NCBI GenBank assembly: GCA_038087875.1
Contig: JAXLNO010004097.1
Location: 1 to 64,000 of the forward strand
Length of the DNA: 64,000 nucleotides
From: Malacoraja senta
Lineage: Eukaryota
Reading direction: 5' to 3'
Shown: positions 11,780 to 21,351 of the stretch, one piece after another
Numbering within the stretch: position 1 is the stretch's first letter
How the letters are laid out: each line of letters opens with the position of its first letter
Made by a program: the position numbers and the translations under genes
The notes under the pieces: generated by a model
What the model saw: only the letters and a program-made list of their open reading frames with translations
The model's database searches: none
Told to the model about the DNA's origin: nothing

Positions 11780-12060
11780 TGTGTGCAATACTCCAAATGC
11801 TATCTGACCAATGTCCCTTTAAGCTCTACATATACATTCCTCTCTCCCCACTCCCTCCACCCACTCGTACACAAATTCTCTCCAGCCACCCTCTCGTGCC
11901 CCCCTTCTCTCTCTCACACACTCCCTCTCTCGCTCCCTGTCTCTCTCACACACCCTCTCTCTCGCTCCCTGTCTCTCTCACACACACCCTCTGTCCCTCT
12001 CTCTCACACATGCACACTCCCTCTCTCTAACACACACACTCCATCTCTCTCTTCTCTCCC
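11780..12060. repeat. CT/CA-rich low-complexity tract
   Basis: Imperfect (CT)n(CA)n. Similar tracts at about 7040-7120, 7720-7835, 17780-18170, 25200-25290, 32670-32805, 33517-33662 and 51500-51815. Confidence 0.85.
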
Positions 12061-12891
12061 AGATAGATAAATGTGAGGTTATCCACTTTAGTGGCAAAAA
12101 CAGTGGGGCAGATTATTATCTCAATGGGGTTAGGTTAGGTAAGGGGGAGGTGCAGTTGGTGTGCAGGCACAGCAGGTAGTGAAGAAAGCTAATGGAATGT
12201 TGGCCTTCACAACAAGAGGATTTCAGTATAGGAGTAGAGAGGTTCATCTGCAGTTGTATAGGGCTCTGGTAAGACCACATCTGGAGTATTGCATACAGTT
12301 TTGGTCTAATTCGATGAAGGACATCCTTGTGATTGAGGCAGTGCAGCGTAGGTTCACGAGATTGATCACTGGGATGGCGGGACTGTCATATGAGGAAAGA
12401 TTGAAAAGACAAGGCTTGTATTCACTGGAGTTCAGAAGGATGAGGGGGGTGGAAGATTGCAACGTTCACTGTTTTGACTAATGCAATCAACTCGACGTGC
12501 ACAAACGGAAGATCAAATAGAACAAGTTGTCCAACAACTTTAGGCTGTGCACGCCACACGAAAGAAGAAGAAGGATGAGGGGGAATCTTATAGAAACATA
12601 TAACATTATAAAAGGACTGGACAAGCTAGATGCAGGAAAAATGTTCCCAATGTTGGGCGAGTCCAGAACCAGGGGCCACATTCTTAGAATAAAGGGGAGG
12701 CCATTTAAGACTGAGGTGAGAAAAATAAATTTCGCCCAGAGAGTTGTGATTTTGTGGAATTCCCTGCCACGGAGGGCAGTGGAGGCCAAATCACTGGATG
12801 GATTTAAGAGAGAGTTAGATAGAGCTCTAGGGGCTAGTGGAGTCAAGGGATATGGGGAGAAGGCAGGCACGGGTTATTGATTGGGGACGAT
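12061..12891 (+). mobile_element. Older CR1 3' fragments; host of the full-length CR1 insertion (its UTR resumes at about 17697)
   Basis: ORFs 12161-12481 and 12527-12880. The 3' UTR ...GGGGACGAT breaks at 12891 and continues as (T)CAGCCATGAT at 17697-17775. Confidence 0.85.
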
Positions 12892-12991
12892 ACATAGATA
12901 CATAGATACATAGAAAATAGGTGCAGGAGTAGGCCATTCGGCCCTTCGAGCCTGCACCGCCATTCAATACGATCATGGCTGATCATCCAAC

Positions 12992-15900
12992 TCAGTATCC
13001 CGTACCTGCCTTCTCTCCATACCCCCTGATCCCTTTAGCCACAAGGGCCACATCTAATTCCTTCTTAAATATAGCCAATGAACTGGCCTCAACTACCCTC
13101 TGTGGCAGAGAGTTCCAGAGATTCACCACTCTCTGTGTGAAAAAGTTTTTCCTCATCTCGGTCCTAAAGGATTTCCCCCTTATCCTTAAGCTGTGACCCC
13201 TTGTCCTGGACTTCCCCAACATCGGGAACAATCTTCCTGCATCTAGCCTGTCCAACCCCATAAGAATCTTGTACGTTTCTATAAGATCCCCTCTCAATCT
13301 CCTAAATTCTAGCGAGTATAAGCCAAGTCTATCCAGTCTTTCTTCATATGAAAGTCCTGACATCCCAGGAATCAGTCTGGTGAACCTTCTCTGCACTCCC
13401 TCTATGGCTATAATGTCCTTCCTCAGATTTGGAGACCAAAACTGTACGCAATACTCCAGGTGTGGTCTCACCAAGACCCTGTACAACTGCAGTAGAACCT
13501 CGCTGCTCCTATACTCAAATCCTCTTGCTATGAAGGCCAACATACCATTCGCTTTCTTCACTGCCTGCTGCACCTGCATGCCTACTTTCAATGACTGGTG
13601 TACCATGACACCCAGGTCTCGCTGCATCTCCCCATTTCCTAATCGGCCACCATTTAGATAATAGTCTGCCTTCCCGTTTTTGCTACCAAAGTGGATAACC
13701 TCACATTTATCCACATTATACTGCATCTGCCAAACATTTGCCCACTCACCCAGCCTATCCAAGTCACCTTGCAGTCTCCTAGCATCCTCCTCACAGCTAA
13801 CACTGCCCCCCAGCTTAGTGTCATCCGCAAACTTGGAGATGTTGCTTTCAATTCCCTCGTCCAGATCATTAATATAAATTGTAAATAGCTGGGGTCCCAG
13901 CACTGAGCCTTGCGGTACCCCACTAGTCACTGCCTGCCATTGTGAAAAGGACCCGTTTACTCCTACTCTTTGCTTCCTGTTTGCCAGCCAGTTCTCTATC
14001 CACATCAATACTGAACCCCCAATACCGTGTGATTTAAGTTTGTATCCTAATCTCTTATGTGGTACCTTGTCGAAAGCCTTCTGAAAGTCCAGATACAACA
14101 CATCCACTGGTTCTCCCCTATCCACTCTACTAGTTACATCCTCGAAAAATTCTATAAGATTCGTCAGACACGATTTATCTTTCGTAAATCCATGCTGACT
14201 TTGTCCAATGATTTCACCACTTTCCAAATGTGCTGCTATCCCATCTTTAATAACTGACTCTAGCAGTTTCCCCACTACCGATGTTAGACTAACTGGTCTG
14301 TAATTCCCCGTTTTCTCTCTCCCTCCCTTCTTAAAAAGTGGGGTTACGTTTGCTACCCTCCAATCCTCAGGAACTACTCCAGAATCTAAAGAGTTTTGAA
14401 AAATTATCACTAATGCATCCACTATTTCTGGAGCTACTTCCTTAAGTACTCTGGGATGCAGCCTATCTGGCCCTGGTGATTTATCGGCCTTTAATCCATT
14501 CAATTTACCCAACACCACTTCCCGACTAACCTGGATTTCACTCAGTTCCTCCATCTCCTTTGACCCGCGGCCCCCTGCTATTTCCGGCAGATTATTTATG
14601 TCTTCCTTAGTGAAGACGGAACCAAAGTAGTTATTCAATTGGTCTGCCATATCCTTGTTCCCCATGATCAATTCACCTGTTTCTGACTGCAAGGGACCTA
14701 CATTTGATTTAACTAATCTCTTTCTCTTCACATATCTATAAAAACTTTTGCAGTCAGTTTTTATGTTCCCTGCCAGTTTCCTTTCATAATCTATTTTCCC
14801 TTTCCTAATTAAGCCCTTTGTCCTCCTCTGCTGGTCTCTGAATTTCTCCCAGTCCTCTGGTATGCTGCTTTTTCTAGCTAATTTGTACGCATCATCTTTT
14901 GCTTTGATACTATCCCTGATTTCCCTTGTTATCCACGGATGCACTACCTTCCTTGATTTATTCTTTTGCCAAACTGGGATGAACAATTTTTGTAGTTCAT
15001 CCATGCAGTCTTTAAATGCCTTCCATTGCATATCCACCGTCAACCCTTTTAGAACTAATTGCCAGTCAATCTTGGCCAATTCACATCTCATACCCTCAAA
15101 GTTACCTTTCTTTAAGTTCAGAACTGTTGTTTCTGAATTAACAATGTCACTCTCCATCCTAATGAAGAACTCAACCATATTATGATCACTCTTGCCCAAG
15201 GGGGCACGCACAACAAGTCTGCTAACTAACCCTTCCTCATTACTCAATACCCAGTCTAGAATAGCCTGCTCTCTCGTTGGTTCCTCTACATGTTGGTTTA
15301 GATAACTATCCCTCATACATTCCAAGAAATCCTCTTCCTCAGCACCCCTGCCAATTTGATTCACCCAATCTATATGTAGATTGAAGTCACCCATTATAAC
15401 TGTTTTGCCTTTGTTGCACGCATTTCTAATTTCCTGTTTGATGCCATCCCCAACTTCACTACTACTGCTAGGTGGCCTGTACACAACGCCCACCAGCGTT
15501 TTCTGCCCCTTAGTGTTTCGCAGCTCTACCCATACCGATTCCACATCCTCCAAGCTAATGTCCTTCCTTTCCACTGCGTTAATCTCCTCTCTAACCAGCA
15601 ACGCTACCCCACCTCCTTTTCCTTTCTCTCTATCCCTCCTGAATATTGAATATCCCTGGATGTTCAGCTCCCAGCCTTGGTCACCTTGGAGCCATGTCTC
15701 CGTGATCCCAACTATATCATAATCATTAATTGCTATCTGCACGTTCAACTCATCCACCTTATTACGAATGCTCCTTGCATTGAGACACAAAGCCTTCAGG
15801 CTTGTTTTTACAACGCTCTTACCCCTTATACAATTATGTTGAAAAGTGGCTCTTTTTGATTTTTGCCCTGAATTTGTCTGCCTGCCACTTTTACCTTTCA

Positions 15901-16102
15901 CCTTGCTACCTATTGCTTCCGCCCGCATTTTACACCCCTCTGTTTCTCTGCTCACCCATTTAAGAACCCCACCACCTCTTATTCTCTGTTTATTATTGTT
16001 TTCTTCTTTCACCCCTACATGTTGGGTTTGAGTGCTTTCCTTCTCTGCCTCCTGCCTCACACACTGTCTAATAGCATTCTCTATTTGAGTCCCTCCCCCC
16101 AA
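12992..16102 (-). CDS. CR1 ORF2: APE endonuclease plus reverse transcriptase
   Basis: 1036 open codons: [53 protein letters not shown]. The track start is a TTG; the frame is open from the -1 slip site at 16117. Confidence 0.96.
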   Translation of the reverse strand: MGGGTQIENAIRQCVRQEAEKESTQTQHVGVKEENNNKQRIRGGGVLKWVSRETEGCKMRAEAIGSKVKGKSGRQTNSGQKSKRATFQHNCIRGKSVVKTSLKALCLNARSIRNKVDELNVQIAINDYDIVGITETWLQGDQGWELNIQGYSIFRRDREKGKGGGVALLVREEINAVERKDISLEDVESVWVELRNTKGQKTLVGVVYRPPSSSSEVGDGIKQEIRNACNKGKTVIMGDFNLHIDWVNQIGRGAEEEDFLECMRDSYLNQHVEEPTREQAILDWVLSNEEGLVSRLVVRAPLGKSDHNMVEFFIRMESDIVNSETTVLNLKKGNFEGMRCELAKIDWQLVLKGLTVDMQWKAFKDCMDELQKLFIPVWQKNKSRKVVHPWITREIRDSIKAKDDAYKLARKSSIPEDWEKFRDQQRRTKGLIRKGKIDYERKLAGNIKTDCKSFYRYVKRKRLVKSNVGPLQSETGELIMGNKDMADQLNNYFGSVFTKEDINNLPEIAGGRGSKEMEELSEIQVSREVVLGKLNGLKADKSPGPDRLHPRVLKEVAPEIVDALVIIFQNSLDSGVVPEDWRVANVTPLFKKGGREKTGNYRPVSLTSVVGKLLESVIKDGIAAHLESGEIIGQSQHGFTKDKSCLTNLIEFFEDVTSRVDRGEPVDVLYLDFQKAFDKVPHKRLGYKLKSHGIGGSVLMWIENWLANRKQRVGVNGSFSQWQAVTSGVPQGSVLGPQLFTIYINDLDEGIESNISKFADDTKLGGSVSCEEDARRLQGDLDRLGEWANVWQMQYNVDKCEVIHFGSKNGKADYYLNGGRLGNGEMQRDLGVMVHQSLKVGMQVQQAVKKANGMLAFIARGFEYRSSEVLLQLYRVLVRPHLEYCVQFWSPNLRKDIIAIEGVQRRFTRLIPGMSGLSYEERLDRLGLYSLEFRRLRGDLIETYKILMGLDRLDAGRLFPMLGKSRTRGHSLRIRGKSFRTEMRKNFFTQRVVNLWNSLPQRVVEASSLAIFKKELDVALVAKGIRGYGEKAGTGY

Positions 16103-16107
16103 CCATT

Positions 16108-17043
16108 CTAGTTTAAAGTCTCCCCAGTAGCCTTTGCAGATCTCCCCGCCAGGATATCAGTCCCCCTCAGGTTCAAGTGCAACCCATCCTTTTTGTACAG
16201 GTCGAACCTTCCACAAAAGAAGTCCCAATGATCCAGAAATTTGAATCCCTGCCTTCTGCACCAGTCCTTCAGCCACGCATTTATCCTCCACCTCGCTCCA
16301 TTCCTACTCTCACTGTCGCGTGGTACAGGCAGTAATCCCGAGATTGTTACCTTTGCTGTCCTTCTCTTTAACTCCCCTCCTAACTCCCTAAATTCTCCTT
16401 TCAGGACCTCTTCTCTTTTTTTACCTATGTCATTGGTACCTATATGTATCACGACCTCGGGCTCCTCTCCCTGCCCTTTCAGGATGTCTTGGACACGTTG
16501 GGACACATCACAGACCCTGGCACCCGGGAGGCAAACTACCATCCGGGTCTCCCGACTGCGTCCACAGAATCGCCTGTCTGACCCCCTAACTATAGAGTCC
16601 CCTATTAATATTGCCCTCCTCTTCTTTTCCTTACCCTTCTGAGCAACAGGACCGGTCTCTATACCGGAGGCCCGGCCGCAGTCGCTACCCCCAGGTAGGC
16701 TGTCCACCCCAACAGTGCTCAAACAGGAGTACTTATTGTCAAGGTGTACAGCCACCGGGGTACTCTCTAGTCCCTGCCTGTGCCCCTTGCCTCTCCCAAC
16801 CGTGATCCACTTGCCTGCCTCCTGTGGTGTTGGAGTGACCACATCCCTGTAACTCCTCTCAATTACTTCCTCGCTCTCCCTGACCAGACGGAGGTCATCG
16901 AGCTGCTGCTCCAGGTTCCTAATACGGTCCATTAGGAGCCCCATCTCGATACACCTGGCGCAGATGTGGACGTCTGGCGGGCTATCTGACTCCATGACTT
17001 CCCACATCTGACATCCAGAACAGTAAACTGCCCTGGCCGTCAT
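16108..17043 (-). CDS. CR1 ORF1: N-terminal Cys zinc finger, coiled coil and SGNH esterase domain
   Basis: MTARAVYCSGC...HICARC, then IGDSIV, CLPGA, HIGTND, DGLHL. ATG taken at 17043. Confidence 0.92.
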   Translation of the reverse strand: MTARAVYCSGCQMWEVMESDSPPDVHICARCIEMGLLMDRIRNLEQQLDDLRLVRESEEVIERSYRDVVTPTPQEAGKWITVGRGKGHRQGLESTPVAVHLDNKYSCLSTVGVDSLPGGSDCGRASGIETGPVAQKGKEKKRRAILIGDSIVRGSDRRFCGRSRETRMVVCLPGARVCDVSQRVQDILKGQGEEPEVVIHIGTNDIGKKREEVLKGEFRELGGELKRRTAKVTISGLLPVPRDSESRNGARWRINAWLKDWCRRQGFKFLDHWDFFCGRFDLYKKDGLHLNLRGTDILAGRSAKATGETLN

Positions 17044-17264
17044 ACTCCCCTTACCCTGGATAGAATATAAAACAAACTGATAGAATACAAAACAAACTGC
17101 TACAATACAAAACAAACTGCTACAATACAAAACAAACTGCTACAATACAGTACAATCAGCAGGGATCTGACTCCCAATCAGCTGCTCTCTCTTATCTGCG
17201 TCCACCAATCAGCGGCTTCCTCAAACCCACTTGTTTTTGAAGTGGAACGTTGCCGATTTGGGTA

Positions 17265-17697
17265 CTCCTTTTTAAGTCCTACCGCTCGGTTGTAGCTCCT
17301 CCCTCAGCGACCTCTCCAACGGCTTTCGGATCTCTGTTAGGAACAAGCCCCCGCGCTCCTTTTTAAGTCCTACCGCTCGGTTGTAGCTCCTCCCTCAGCG
17401 ACCTCTCCAACGGCTTTCGGACCTCTGTAAGGAACAAGCCCCCGCGCTCCTTTTTAAGTCCTACCGCTCGGTTGTAGCTCCTCCCTCAGCGACCTCTCCA
17501 ACGGCTTTCGGACCTCTGTAAGGAACAAGCCCCCGCGCTCCTTTTTAAGTCCTACCGCTCGGTTGTAGCTCCTCCCTCAGCGACCTCTCCAACGGCTTTC
17601 GCATCTCTGTTAGGAACAAGCCCCCGCGCTCCTTTTTAAGTCCTACCGCTCGGTTGTAGCTCCTCCCTCAGCGACCTCTCCAACGGCTTTCGGACCT
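17265..17697 (-). repeat. 91-bp tandem monomers (about 4.75 copies) forming the CR1 5' end
   Basis: Unit starts at 17265, 17356, 17447, 17538 and 17629. A 20-bp repeat (about 4 copies) lies at about 17064-17150. Confidence 0.95.
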
Positions 17698-18169
17698 CAG
17701 CCATGATGACAATGAATGACAGTGCTGGCCAGAAGGGCCGAATGGCCTCCTCCTGCACCTATTGTCTTTTTTTCTATGTTATCCACACACACCCTCTGTC
17801 CCTCTGTCTCACATGCACACACACACTCCCTCCCTTGTACTCTCTCACACACTCCCTCTCTCTCCAACACACACACACCCTCTTTCTCTCACACACACTT
17901 CCTCTCACACAAGCACCCCTCTCTTGCTGTCTCTCACACAACCTCTCCCTTGCTCTCGCGCGCACACCATCTCTCTCTTGCTCTCTCTCACACACTCCCT
18001 CTCGCACACACACTCCCTCTATCTTGCTCTCTCACACACTCACTCCCGCTCTCTCTCTCTCACGCACACAGTCCCTCTCTCACACACACAACACTCCCCC
18101 GTCTCTCATAGTCCCTCTCTCACACACTCACTCTCTCACACACACTCTCTCACACTCTCACGCACACAC

Positions 18170-18390
18170 GCCGAACACCTCCGCTCGGTTCGCAATAACC
18201 AACCTGATCTCTCGGTGGCTCAGCACTTCAACTCCCCCTCCCATTCCGAATCCGACCTTTCTGTCCTGGGCCTCCTCCATGGCCAGAGTGAGGACCACTG
18301 TAAATTGGAGGAGCAGTACCTCATATTTCGCTTGGGCAGTTTGCATCCCAGCAGTATGAACATTGACTTCTCTAATTTCAGGTAGTCCCT
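18170..18390 (+). mobile_element. Penelope-like GIY-YIG C-terminal fragment; its terminal repeat resumes at about 19236-19430
   Basis: VAQHFNSPSHSESDLSVLGLLHGQSEDHCKLEEQYLIFRLGSLHPSSMNIDFSNFR*. A more degraded relative lies at about 55270-55600. Confidence 0.8.
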
Positions 18391-19235
18391 ACTTTACAAA
18401 GTTACAAAGGACATTTATTATCACATACACCAATTGGTTTAGTGAAATTTAACTTGCCATCTCAGCACATCAATAAAGATAAGACACAGCATCAAAGAAT
18501 TTAACAGTAAACATAAAAACATCCCCCCACAATGGTTCCCACTGTGGGGGAAGGCAGCAAAGTCCAGTCCCATCCCCAGTTCACCCATAGTTGGGCCTAT
18601 TGAGGCCTCTGCAGTCGCCGATACGGCAGCCCGATGCTTCTGGCCCTCTCGCCGGATGATGGAGTTCTGGCGTCGGGTGAACACTCTCAGCGGCCCGGAG
18701 TGTCTGGAGCGGCCGCTTCCTTCCCGAAGACCACGGCTCCCGAAGTCCACGAGCTGTGCTGGTCGGAGCTCCGACCCTGGCGATCTCGTCGTGAGATCCC
18801 CAGCTCCACGGTGTTTAAAGTTCAGCGCCGCCCACGGCGGCAGCTCCACAGACCGCAGACCGCAGCTCTGCGATGTTGGAGTCGGCGGTCACAGCTCTCC
18901 GGAGCTTACTGCACGGCGACCCGGGTAAGGCATCGCCAGCTCCGCGATGGTGCTTCAGCGCTGTGCCGCCCCCGAAGCTGAAGTCCTTGCCGGTCCCGGC
19001 AGAAAACGACGCTCCATTCTGCCCGTAGGCCGCGAGGAAGGGGCGAAAACACGGCTCGGAGATAAGCCGCATCTCCGACCAGGTAGGTACTGAGAAGAAT
19101 AGCTTCCCACATCCCACCCCCCACATAAAAAGATTGAAAGACCTCCAAACCAAACACTTTTAACTAACTAAAAAATAAAAAAGAGTGAATAGATTAACCG
19201 CTGCTGGCAGGGCAGCCATACTCGACGGCGCCCTC
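18391..19235 (-). mobile_element. Unclassified non-coding retroelement-like insertion (about 0.85 kb)
   Basis: Interrupts the Penelope 3' region. The minus strand ends in AATAAA followed by a (CTTTGTAA)2 tail. No recognisable ORF. Confidence 0.4.
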
Positions 19236-19313
19236 CTTCCCTTCTCAGCTCTCCCTCAGACCTCTGGCTCCACATCTTCCTTTCTTCTTCCCGCACTCCC
19301 CCCCCCCTCAAAT

Positions 19314-19350
19314 TAGTCTGAAGAAGGGTTTCGACCCGAAACGTTGCCTA
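19314..19350 (+). ncRNA. Minimal type I hammerhead-ribozyme-like motif in a Penelope-type terminal repeat
   Basis: CTGAAGA (19318-24), A, GGGT-TTCG-ACCC hairpin, GAAA (19338-41), CGTT. Core boxes CUGANGA and GAAA are in the right order; stems I and III are very short. Confidence 0.55.
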
Positions 19351-21351
19351 TTTCCTTCGCTCCATAGATGCTCCCTCACCTGCTGAGTTTCTCCAGCATT
19401 TTGTCTACAGCATCTGCTGTTCTTTCTTCGGCATTTTAAAGTGTTTTTTAAAGAAAGTTTTGGCGCATTTGTGCTTTACGTAACAAATAAAGCAAGTTTA
19501 TCCTGACCTCACTGTGAAAGAGTTTAATTTGGTCAGGTTTGGTTCGTAAATTAAAAATGGAGATTTGCTGAAAAACAGAAAGCAGTCAAATTTAAAAGAG
19601 AATTTTCCCAGCAGAATAATGTCTGGGAAAATCTTAGAAGCTTGGTTTGTACTAATCATTGAAACAATGTATTGACAATGTATTAACATAGAGATGTATT
19701 GTCTGGGCATAGCACCATATTAGATATCTGTCTGAACTGCCTGTCCCAGCTAAGGACAAGGTAGTGGCTTTCATCCAAGTCTTACAAGCTTGTTTTAGTT
19801 CACAGACGGATGCCCATTCTGGAACCAAGATGGAAGTTATTTGAAAACAAAATAGAGTTAGTTGTCCTTCCGGAATGGGCAGCTGTACTGAAGCTGTGCC
19901 AAGATTTGAGAATAAGGGTTACATTGCAAATATACGAGTCCAGTCTCCTTTGTTTCCCTTAGGCTACGGATCTTTCACTCAGATTTAGGTGTGTTTTATT
20001 GATAAGAAAATGTATAATTACTCTAACTTTCCTTTGTTCTTTGAGTGGAGCCCGAGAAGCACTGAGCAACGTGTGTGCTCTTTGTAGATCTCGCCACTCC
20101 CGTCTGGCAAATTGATAAAGATTGCTTTGGTTTACCTTTAACAATTTTGTTGCTGTCTGCTTTCTTTAAGAGACGAATTTTGACAACTGTGTTCTTTGGA
20201 ATTCTTCAGAATTCAGGTTGTACTATCAATAATGAAAGAAAATGCCAACCATCCAGAAATGATAAGAAATTATTCTCGCCTCCGTGCATATCTGTAGCCG
20301 TAGGGCAGTCGGACACCTCCCCACTACATCAAAGATAGTTCCTGCACTTGGCAATATCGTTTGGCCGCTGTTGTGTTTTATTTATTTCATGGATTTGATT
20401 AGATTAGGAAATGTTTCCTTTCCTACAAGGGTCTTTCCTCTGGGGAGTTTCTATAGCAACATGCCCACTGTTGTCTTTATGAAGAGACTGACGATTTGTA
20501 CTGCAAGGTAGGATGGACAAATAATGGATTAGCTGTACAAAAGAAAGTCTTGACGCATTTGTGCCTTACGTAACAAATAAAGCAAGTTTTTCCTGACCTC
20601 ACTGCGTTCTTCGGAATTCTTCAGAGTTCAGGTTTTATTATCAGTAATGAAAGAAAATGCCAACCATCTCCAGAAATGATAAGAAATTATTCTCGCCTCC
20701 ATGCATATCTGTAGCCGTAGGGCAGTCGGACACCTCCCCACTACTTCCAAGATAGTTCCTGCACTTGACAATATCGTTTAGTGTTTGGCGGCTGAAACGC
20801 GGCGGCGAGGATACAGAGAGCCCGCCACCCGGGTTAATCACCCCATGTGGGGGTCCGGGGGGGGGCGGTGAATCACCCCGGTATGTGGGTCGGGGGGGGG
20901 GGGTGAATCACCCTGGTAGGGAGTTCGTGGTGCCTGTGCAGCGTGGTCAGTGACTGGGTGGGTGGAGGGACCAGACTGTCCCCAACTCTGCTGCAGCTGA
21001 CAGGGACGTTGCCGGGTTATGGCCGCGTGTGTCCGCTGCCCAGAGCCGCGGCCCCGCTCCACCCGGCCCCGTGTGTGCGCGCCGCCGACCCTCAGCTTGT
21101 GACAGTGCGGCGGGAGCCAGCTTGAGGGATGGGACATAGCCAGCTTGTGGGGAGTAAGGGTTGGGAGATAGCCAGCTTGGGGGAGTAAGGGAAATGGGAG
21201 GTAGCCAGCTTGGGGGAGTAAGGGATGCGGGGTGTCGTGGTTTCAAATACTGAAAATTAACTCAGGCAACGCAGAGAATTCTTCAAGAAGTTTAAACTTT
21301 TACTTGCAAATAAAGGCTGGATCATCCCACGTCATCAGTCTTCTGAGCCAC

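Larger units (their letters stand above)
12892..17696 (-). mobile_element. Full-length CR1 LINE (about 4.8 kb) with two intact ORFs
   Basis: Tandem-repeat 5' UTR, uninterrupted ORF1 and ORF2, CR1 3' UTR and (CTATGTAT)n-like tail. No clear TSD. Confidence 0.96.

Noticed and set aside
17265-17697. Regular repeats (also 50188-51490 and 28346-28614) as CRISPR arrays
   Set aside because: No unique spacers, vertebrate context, no cas genes.
17265-17697. Hammerhead core in the 91-bp monomer (CTGAGGGA...GAAA on the minus strand)
   Set aside because: CUGANGA is not matched and I see no closing stems.
17703-18170. His/Thr/Ser/Leu-rich ORFs (also 11783-12070)
   Set aside because: Translations of CA/CT microsatellite.
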